NCBI GenBank assembly: GCA_050294405.1
Contig: JBNKOC010000016.1
Location: 224,001 to 288,000, forward strand
From: Fibrobacteria bacterium
Lineage (GTDB): Bacteria; Fibrobacterota; Fibrobacteria; UBA11236; JADFYW01
DNA length: 64,000 nucleotides
Direction of reading: 5' to 3'
Shown here: in pieces, positions 57,311-64,000 of the stretch
Layout of the letters: the number at the start of each line of letters is the position of its first letter
Position numbering within the stretch: the stretch's first letter is position 1
The notes under the pieces: model-generated
What the model saw: the letters and a program-made list of their open reading frames with translations, nothing else
The model's database searches: none
What the model was told of the DNA's origin: nothing
Position numbers and translations under genes: made by a program

Positions 57311-57559
57311 ATGCCAAAAAAACTATACGTCGGAAACATCCCTTGGTCTTGTTCAGAAGAAGACATTAAGGGTTTATTTGAACAATATGGCGAAGTGTCA
57401 AGCGTAGCCATGATTAACGATCGGGTAACCGGACGTCCAAGAGGTTTCTGTTTCGTAGAAATGGAAAACGCAGAAGAAGCCGCTGCAAAACTTAACCAGA
57501 CTGAATTTGGTGGTCGTACCATTAAGGTAAACGAAGCCAGAGAAAGACAAAAAGCTTAA
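57311..57559 (+). CDS. RRM-domain RNA-binding protein
   Basis: RNP2 LYVGNI, RNP1 RGFCFVEM, VNEARER; strong SD AGGAGG. Confidence 0.96.
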   Translation: MPKKLYVGNIPWSCSEEDIKGLFEQYGEVSSVAMINDRVTGRPRGFCFVEMENAEEAAAKLNQTEFGGRTIKVNEARERQKA

Positions 57560-57665
57560 GTTTTCTGCTAATTCAATGCTTAAATGTTATTGTGTTGTTT
57601 CTTTTTGAGGATATGTTAGTGAAATAAATTTATCTCTGATTGCATCCAACCATTGCATAAATTTC

Positions 57666-57699
57666 AGGGTTCCCGTGGCAAAACCTGGGAACCCTTTTT
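57666..57699 (+). terminator. Intrinsic terminator between convergent RRM and ABC-F genes
   Basis: AGGGTTCCC...GGGAACCCT followed by TTTT. Confidence 0.7.
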
Positions 57700-57704
57700 A
57701 AGCA

Positions 57705-59321
57705 TTAAACTGCGGCTAATTCTTCCCGCTTGGATTTCACATCCTTGTCGTCCAGATATTCGTCGTAGGTCATATAACGGTCGATATATCCACTGGGAGT
57801 CAATTCGATAATTCGGTTGGCTGTGGAGTTGATAAACTGATGGTCGTGGCTGGAAAACAAAATGATTCCGTCATATTGAATAAGACCATTGTTCAGGGAA
57901 GTAATGGCTTCCAAATCCAGATGGTTGGTGGGCTCATCTAATACCAACACATTTCCCGCTTCCAACATTATTTTTGAAAGCATACAGCGCACTTTTTCTC
58001 CACCGGAGAGCACCTTGGTTTTTTTCAGGGACTCGTCTCCTGAAAACAACATTCTGCCCAAAAAACCTCTAATGTAAGTGACATCATCAATTTGGGTAAA
58101 CTGGCTGAGCCAATCCAGAATATTCAAATCATTATTAAAAAAGTGAGAGTTGTCCTTGGGAAAGTAACTGGGGGTAATGGTTTCACCCCATTTGAACTCC
58201 CCTTTGTCAGCCTTTTCCTCGCCAGTGATAATATCAAAAAAGGCGGATTTGGCTATATCATTGGAACCCACAAAAGCAATTTTGTCGCCAGGGTTTACGT
58301 TGAGAGTAAAGTCGTTTAAAACCTTTTCGCCATCTATGGTTTTGGACAACCCTTCCGTCTGTAAAATAACCCGGCCAGGTTCTCTTTCCGGTTTAAAGGC
58401 TATATAGGGAAATTTGCGGGAGGTTCTGGGCATTTCTTCCAAGGTAAGCTTTTCCAGCAGTTTTTTTCTGGAGGTGGCTTGTCTGGCTTTCGAGGCATTC
58501 GAAGAAAAGCGTGAAATAAATTTTTTAAGTTCTTCAGCTTTATCGGAGTTCTTTTTGTTAATATCCTTTTGCTGCTTCACATACAATTGGCTCATTTCAT
58601 ACCAAAAGTCGTAGTTGCCAGGAAATACCTTAATTTGCCCGTAGTCAATGTCCGCAATATGTGTACACACCTGGTTTAAAAAATGCCTATCGTGTGAAAC
58701 CACAATCACAACATTTGGAAACCGCATAATAAATTCTTCTAACCATTTAATAGATTGAATATCCAGGTTGTTTGTGGGTTCGTCCAAAAGCAATATATCG
58801 GGATTGGCGAAAAGTGCCTGGCAAAGCAGCACTCTAACTTTTTCACCGGCTTCCAAATCTTTCATCAAGCGATAGTGGTATTCCTCTGTTATGCCCAGAG
58901 CTTTAAGCATGGAAGCGGCTTCGGCTTCGGCTTCGTAACCGTTGACCTCTCCAAACTCTCCTTCAATTTCAGCGGCACGCATACCTTCTTCTTCAGTTAA
59001 GTCTGTTTTACTATAAAGCTCTTCCCGTTCTTTCATCAGTTTAAAAAGCCGCATATGGCCTTTGTACACCGTGTCCAATACGGTGAATTCATCGTAGGCA
59101 AACTGGTTTTGCTCTAGCTTTGCAATGCGCATTTTTTTATCCACCACTATTTCCCCTGTGTTGGGCTCAATTTCCCCCGAAAGGATCTTTAAAAAGGTGG
59201 ATTTGCCCGCGCCGTTGGCGCCAATTATTCCATAGCAATTTCCTTCGGTGAACTTCACATTGACTTCTTTAAATAGATTTTGACTTCCAAAAGCGAGAGA
59301 TACATTACTGGCGACTATCAT
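57705..59321 (-). CDS. ABC-F family ribosome-associated ATPase (YbiT/YkpA-like)
   Basis: GANGAGKST, two LDEPTN motifs, VSHDRHFL, LSGGEK; no TM segments. Confidence 0.95.
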   Translation of the reverse strand: MIVASNVSLAFGSQNLFKEVNVKFTEGNCYGIIGANGAGKSTFLKILSGEIEPNTGEIVVDKKMRIAKLEQNQFAYDEFTVLDTVYKGHMRLFKLMKEREELYSKTDLTEEEGMRAAEIEGEFGEVNGYEAEAEAASMLKALGITEEYHYRLMKDLEAGEKVRVLLCQALFANPDILLLDEPTNNLDIQSIKWLEEFIMRFPNVVIVVSHDRHFLNQVCTHIADIDYGQIKVFPGNYDFWYEMSQLYVKQQKDINKKNSDKAEELKKFISRFSSNASKARQATSRKKLLEKLTLEEMPRTSRKFPYIAFKPEREPGRVILQTEGLSKTIDGEKVLNDFTLNVNPGDKIAFVGSNDIAKSAFFDIITGEEKADKGEFKWGETITPSYFPKDNSHFFNNDLNILDWLSQFTQIDDVTYIRGFLGRMLFSGDESLKKTKVLSGGEKVRCMLSKIMLEAGNVLVLDEPTNHLDLEAITSLNNGLIQYDGIILFSSHDHQFINSTANRIIELTPSGYIDRYMTYDEYLDDKDVKSKREELAAV

Positions 59322-59467
59322 AAAAATTCCTGTTTTAATGCTGGTTTAAAACCCTGAGGACCCTAAAAGGAAAAAAAAAATCCCTTTCTTGTCTAATTTT
59401 GAAAGATTTCGCCTCTAAGCCCGCTTTTTATTAGGTTTTGTATTTGGAATTTTGAGTTTTTCAGGAG

Positions 59468-59986
59468 GTGTTTGTGCGGATAAAAATCAAAATTGGGTTG
59501 GTATTTTCGGGGTTGATTTTATTGGCTGCCTGCAATAAAGAGCCCTCTCCCTATTTGGCCTTTGTGGAAGAAATCGAAAAGGCCTCTCTTTTAAGTAATA
59601 TGAAAAGCATTAATCTGAATTTTACGGAAGGCCGCCAGCGGGTTGAGTTTTCTCCTTGTGGAGATTCGGCGGCTTTACCAAAACAAAGTTTTCCACTCCA
59701 AATGGAGTCCGGTTGGAAAATTCCCAAGGACTTTCCCATGGATAAAGATTCCATCCAATTGTATCAGAACAAAATTTCTGAACTTGAAAATATTTTTAAG
59801 GGTTTTTCCTTTAGCTCCCGGCTTTTATCGGCAAATGCCGTGGAAAACTGCGGCCAAAGTTTAATGCTGGGTTTTGTTCCCGGTGAAATTTTAGTCTATT
59901 CCCAAAACAATATGGACAATGTTATTGGTTTTCAATACAAGCGCAGTGTTATTAAGGATGGCTGGGATTTGTATCAACTGAAATAG
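59468..59986 (+). CDS. Hypothetical lipoprotein
   Basis: Lipobox LAA-C; GGAG before GTG start. Confidence 0.7.
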   Translation: MFVRIKIKIGLVFSGLILLAACNKEPSPYLAFVEEIEKASLLSNMKSINLNFTEGRQRVEFSPCGDSAALPKQSFPLQMESGWKIPKDFPMDKDSIQLYQNKISELENIFKGFSFSSRLLSANAVENCGQSLMLGFVPGEILVYSQNNMDNVIGFQYKRSVIKDGWDLYQLK

Positions 59987-60028
59987 CCCGAGGTGGCGAT
60001 CATCAATTTTTAGAGACCCCCTATGTAT

Positions 60029-61423
60029 TTATGGGGCCTGCTGCAAAAGCTGGCCATAAACATAGTGCTTGGACTTTCCGGATTTTTTGGCCATATACAT
60101 GGCAGAGTCCGCCTTTTGCAGTAAAATATTGGCATTGTCCCCTTTAAAATAGGGGCAAATGCCAATACTGGCGCTTAGGTGCACTTCTTTTTTGTTGTGA
60201 AGCGGAATGGCCTTGGATAAGGCTTCCTGAAGCTTGTGTGCAACGATTTCCGAATAGTTTTTGTGTTGGGTGTTTTCCAAAAGGATGGTGAACTCATCTC
60301 CGGAAATTCGGGCCACGGTATCCGTTTCTCTTAAACAGTTTTTAAGCCGCTCAGAAACGGCCACCAATACCTCGTCCCCCGCAGCGTGGCCATGTTGGTC
60401 ATTAATGGCTTTGAAATCGTCCAGGTCAATAAAAAATACCGCAAAGGGCCATTCGGTGCGCCTGGCCTTGGCCAGGGATTGGCTAAGTCTATCTAAAAAT
60501 AAAATGCGATTGGGAAGTCCTGTTAAAGCGTCGTGCATGGCAATGGTTTGGTATTTGTGGGACTCCGCTTTGTATTCACTAATATCCAAAGCTAAGGCTT
60601 CCATAATCCAGTTGCCTTCCTGATCCTGGTAGCGGGTGCCCGATTCCAGAATCCAGGTTTCAGAATCCGGTTCGTCCTGAATCATCCGGTAATTTAATTT
60701 CCAGCTTTTGTTTTCTTGAATATGTTGCTGTAACTCTTCTTTATATGATTCCCAATCCTCAGGGTGGATAAACTTTTTTAAGGATTGCCAGTTTTTTCCA
60801 ATCCAATAGGCGGGTTTGGGGAAAAACTCTTTTAAGCCCGATTGCAGGGAAACAAATTTTCCATCCATATCACCTTTAACCTGATAGGCAAATCCAGGCA
60901 TGGAATCCAAAGCCTGAAGGGCGTTGGACATTTGAATGCGGGGTTTGGCCGATTGTGGGGCAAGGAGCTTTAAAACAAAATACCTTTGTTCTTTGTGGGA
61001 AAAAGGAAATAACTCTAAACCAGGACTACCCGGCAGTTCTTTGATTTTTCCACAATCAATTGGAAAACTTTCTTTTTTTAAATCAGATTTTAATTTTTTT
61101 AAAAGTACTTGAGCGCCTTTTTCCCAAATATTGTCGAGGGGTATAGGATGGGAGAGCGAATTTAATTGGGTCCACTCTAAGGCCTTATCGTTAATATCCA
61201 ATATTAAATTTTCCACGGAATCCCATAATAAATAGGCTTCGCTGGAAGAGGCCGCATAGGGCGGAAGTATAGGAAAAAAAGTGCTGATTTCGGTTATAAG
61301 GGAAGTTTTACTTTTGTTTGACTTTCCATAACCTGATTTTTTAGCAGAACACATATTAGAATATATTATTAAGTTCAGTTTGAATATATATTCTAAAAAT
61401 GGGAAAGCTAATGATTTTAACAA
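60029..61423 (-). CDS. PAS-domain diguanylate cyclase (SGDEF variant)
   Basis: IHPEDW PAS_3, DALTGLPNR, DLDDFKAIND, RETD-x5-SGDEF, ADSAMY; start uncertain. Confidence 0.9.
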   Translation of the reverse strand: MLKSLAFPFLEYIFKLNLIIYSNMCSAKKSGYGKSNKSKTSLITEISTFFPILPPYAASSSEAYLLWDSVENLILDINDKALEWTQLNSLSHPIPLDNIWEKGAQVLLKKLKSDLKKESFPIDCGKIKELPGSPGLELFPFSHKEQRYFVLKLLAPQSAKPRIQMSNALQALDSMPGFAYQVKGDMDGKFVSLQSGLKEFFPKPAYWIGKNWQSLKKFIHPEDWESYKEELQQHIQENKSWKLNYRMIQDEPDSETWILESGTRYQDQEGNWIMEALALDISEYKAESHKYQTIAMHDALTGLPNRILFLDRLSQSLAKARRTEWPFAVFFIDLDDFKAINDQHGHAAGDEVLVAVSERLKNCLRETDTVARISGDEFTILLENTQHKNYSEIVAHKLQEALSKAIPLHNKKEVHLSASIGICPYFKGDNANILLQKADSAMYMAKKSGKSKHYVYGQLLQQAP

Positions 61424-61532
61424 AAGTCACAAAAAATCATTCTCAATTAAAAAAATGCGAAATAAGTGGACAATAGCAGGGAATTTCCGGATATTGTTTT
61501 GAGTTTCTTAGAGTATTTGCAGGGTATGTAAC

Positions 61533-61925
61533 ATGGAAAAAATGGATAAAAGCAATGAACAGTGGCAAAAAGAATTGTCTCCTGATGTGTACAAAGTGTG
61601 CCGGTTGAGCGGCACAGAAACTCCCTTTACTGGTAAATACTACCATTGGGATAAACAAGGCGTTTTTAACTGCGCAGCCTGTCAATTACCCCTGTTTAAG
61701 TCAGCGGATAAATACGATTCTGGTTCTGGCTGGCCCAGTTTTTTTGAGACTTTAGACAGAGAACATGTGGAATTAAAAATAGATAACTCTCATAACATGG
61801 AGCGCATTGAAGTGCTTTGCGCCCGTTGCGGATCTCATCTCGGGCATTTGTTTGATGATGGTCCCAGGCCCACAGGAAAACGTTACTGTATAAACAGTCT
61901 TTCTTTGGGTTTTAAAGAAGAATAA
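61533..61925 (+). CDS. msrB: Peptide-methionine (R)-S-oxide reductase
   Basis: GTETPF, CAAC, SGSGWPSF, CARC, HLGHLFDDGP, RYCINS. Confidence 0.97.
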   Translation: MEKMDKSNEQWQKELSPDVYKVCRLSGTETPFTGKYYHWDKQGVFNCAACQLPLFKSADKYDSGSGWPSFFETLDREHVELKIDNSHNMERIEVLCARCGSHLGHLFDDGPRPTGKRYCINSLSLGFKEE

Positions 61926-61941
61926 ATTTTATCTAGCTATC

Positions 61942-62424
61942 ATGACCGGCCATGAATATTCTGAACTGATAACAGATTACTTGTTATATCGCTATCAAAA
62001 TAGAGAAATAGAAATTTATCGCGAAGTATTCGCTGGAAAAACCATTATTGGAAAAAACAGGCGAGTAGACATATTAATCCTTCAACCTAAAACCAATAGG
62101 GCCTTTGTGATAGAATGCAAATATCAGGGCTCCACAGGCACAGTGGATGAAAAAATCCCCTATGCCCTTCAGGACCTGGAAGCCATGCCCATGGAAGGTT
62201 GTATTGCGTACGCCGGAGAGGGGTTTTCAGATGGGGTCTTACATATGTTAAAGGCTTCGGAAAAAGCTGCTTTTTGTTTGCCGGAGGCTCCTGATTATGT
62301 TTCGGGGAAAAATACACGGGAACTGGATCATCTTTTAGCCATGCACTTTAACTGGTGGGATGTTATTGTGGGTGACAAAAAGCCCGAAGTGCTTAAAAAA
62401 TCTAATCCCAATTTGTTTTTGTGA
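61942..62424 (+). CDS. PD-(D/E)XK superfamily nuclease-like protein
   Basis: E...RVDIL...IECKYQ...GTVDEKIPY. Confidence 0.75.
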   Translation: MTGHEYSELITDYLLYRYQNREIEIYREVFAGKTIIGKNRRVDILILQPKTNRAFVIECKYQGSTGTVDEKIPYALQDLEAMPMEGCIAYAGEGFSDGVLHMLKASEKAAFCLPEAPDYVSGKNTRELDHLLAMHFNWWDVIVGDKKPEVLKKSNPNLFL

Positions 62425-63233
62425 AATTGTTAATTGCGAAACAAATCGCCAGGGCTGAGCCAACCCCTAATTATATTGAGAGAAAACTAAAAATTGAAGG
62501 AGCGAAGCGACGCCCGATTTTTGGAAGCTTCCTAAAAACATTCTTAATAACTTGCACTTTTTTTGGTGCAAGCCTGGCAAATCCCTTGGAAAACAACTGG
62601 GCCCATGCTTATAAAAAAGCAGCTGTATGCTCTGTAAAAATTTGGAAAAAATCTGAGCAGGAAAAGGAAAACTGGTATTTAGAAAGCCAGCAACATCTTT
62701 CAGAAAATGGACAGGTTGTATTGTACAAATCTTTTGACCCAGAGGGAAAAATAATTTTTAAAGAAAAAACCAAATACAATGCCAAGGGGGAACCGCAAAG
62801 TTCCCAAAGCAATTTTTCCAAGGATATTTATTATGAAAGCCTTCGGGATAAAAATGGTTTTTTGATTTTGCAAAAGAAGTTTAAGGATAAAAAGTTAGTA
62901 GATAGCAGTATGTTTAAGTACTCGGAAAACAGGCTTAGTGAAATTAAAAGCTGGGTGGATGGGGTATGGTACAAAAGTCTGTACCAATGGAATTCAGGAC
63001 CGTTGTTTCCCGATGTATCGAATTACCTGAACGGTGAAAATATTGGAAAAAGCAAATGGCACTGGTTGGACAAGCCTAAAAAACTGGAAAAGAAAAACCT
63101 CACAGAGCAGGATCAGCTAACAGATACGGAACTCTGGGAACTTAACAAATGGGGCTTGCCAGCATACGTAATAAAAAAAGAGCAGGGAATAATAACAGAA
63201 GAATGGAAATACGAATATGGCCTCTGCCAATAA
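62421..63233 (+). CDS. Hypothetical exported protein with YD/MORN-like beta-strand repeats
   Basis: Internal signal-like FLITCTFFGASLA; YNAKGE, DKNG, KYEY-type repeats; start uncertain. Confidence 0.55.
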   Translation: MKLLIAKQIARAEPTPNYIERKLKIEGAKRRPIFGSFLKTFLITCTFFGASLANPLENNWAHAYKKAAVCSVKIWKKSEQEKENWYLESQQHLSENGQVVLYKSFDPEGKIIFKEKTKYNAKGEPQSSQSNFSKDIYYESLRDKNGFLILQKKFKDKKLVDSSMFKYSENRLSEIKSWVDGVWYKSLYQWNSGPLFPDVSNYLNGENIGKSKWHWLDKPKKLEKKNLTEQDQLTDTELWELNKWGLPAYVIKKEQGIITEEWKYEYGLCQ

Positions 63234-63837
63234 GTCTGCAAACATAAAATTCGCACCGGATTATTTTGATAAAAAGTACTATCAAAAATACTATCACAAT
63301 CCTAAAACCAGGGTGAATTCTCAAAAATCTATTTTAACTTTGGGTGCCTTCGTAGCTTCCTATATAAAATTTTTAGACGGGGATATTAATAAGGTTCTTG
63401 ATTTGGGGTGCGGAGTGGGGCATTGGAAAAAAGTAACATCCCGCCAATGGAAAAAAGCAAGTTATGTGGGAGTGGAGTACAGCTCCTACTTATGTGAAAA
63501 ATATGGCTGGAAGCAAGCCTCTATTGCCGAGTTTAAATCCCGGCACAAATTTGATTTAATTATTTGCCAGGGAGTGCTTCAGTATTTGTCTGATAAAGAA
63601 GCTTCCAAGGCGCTTAAAAACATACATAGCTTGTCGAGGGCTTTTTTGTATCTGGAATGCTTAACTAAACGGGACTGGGAAAAAAACTGCGATGTAAAAC
63701 AGTCCGATGGCAAAGTTTTTTTGCGTTCTGAAAATTGGTATCGAAATCGATTAAAGAACTTTTTATCCTTAGGGGGTGGGTTGTTTGTAAACAAAAAATA
63801 TCCCTTGAACTTTTTCGATTTAGAGCGTCCGGGATAA
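63217..63837 (+). CDS. Class I SAM-dependent methyltransferase
   Basis: VLDLGCGVG, FDLIICQGVLQY. Confidence 0.88.
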   Translation: MASANKSANIKFAPDYFDKKYYQKYYHNPKTRVNSQKSILTLGAFVASYIKFLDGDINKVLDLGCGVGHWKKVTSRQWKKASYVGVEYSSYLCEKYGWKQASIAEFKSRHKFDLIICQGVLQYLSDKEASKALKNIHSLSRAFLYLECLTKRDWEKNCDVKQSDGKVFLRSENWYRNRLKNFLSLGGGLFVNKKYPLNFFDLERPG

Positions 63838-64000
63838 AAATTGATTTTGCATAAGAAAGCCGCTTTTTCCGTAACAATTTCTTTTAAATCCCTACGAAAA
63901 TTATATGCGGGTTTGGCTTTGCACTTATAAAATAGCCTGGATTTGGACTTTTTTCCCCTGTTTATTGTTTGGGGAGAAAAGAGATGTAAACTGGGCGTTG

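Noticed and set aside
61942..63837. Restriction-modification system (nuclease + methyltransferase)
   Set aside because: The methyltransferase lacks DNA-MTase catalytic motifs and looks like a small-molecule class I enzyme
903..63877. Numerous 60-200 aa ORFs antisense to or nested in confident genes (e.g. 916-1482, 4537-5127, 21000-21680, 48658-49167)
   Set aside because: They overlap well-supported CDSs, lack motifs or RBS, and are expected by chance

Overview
Gene-dense, AT-rich bacterial chromosomal window, most likely Fibrobacterota. Evidence for that call: two TIGR02147/DUF4423-type genes each followed by a lipoprotein, several secreted proteins with T9SS-like C-terminal tails, the futalosine gene mqnA and an RRM protein. 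It holds about 55 CDS, mostly housekeeping or metabolic (uxaC uronate cluster, guaB, glyA, argJ, greA, holA, rlmH, dusA, msrB, crcB), plus tRNA-Glu(TTC) and several non-autonomous palindromic/MITE-like elements. I saw no CRISPR array, integrase or transposase. The main leads are: (1) a three-gene operon at 38958-42187 resembling a divergent Zorya type III (DUF3348-DUF802-DUF2894) module that lacks ZorB and the ZorA ion-channel helices; (2) a TIGR02147 regulator + lipoprotein module with paired TGTATACA palindromes 106-109 bp apart, upstream of both itself and a neighbouring secreted sugar-oxidation/outer-membrane operon; (3) an FlgM-like 59-aa gene missed by the ORF track and an orphan flagellin, each behind a sigma-28-type promoter; (4) palindromic elements with different terminal repeats but a shared core. 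All family assignments come from motif recognition by eye; no database searches were run.
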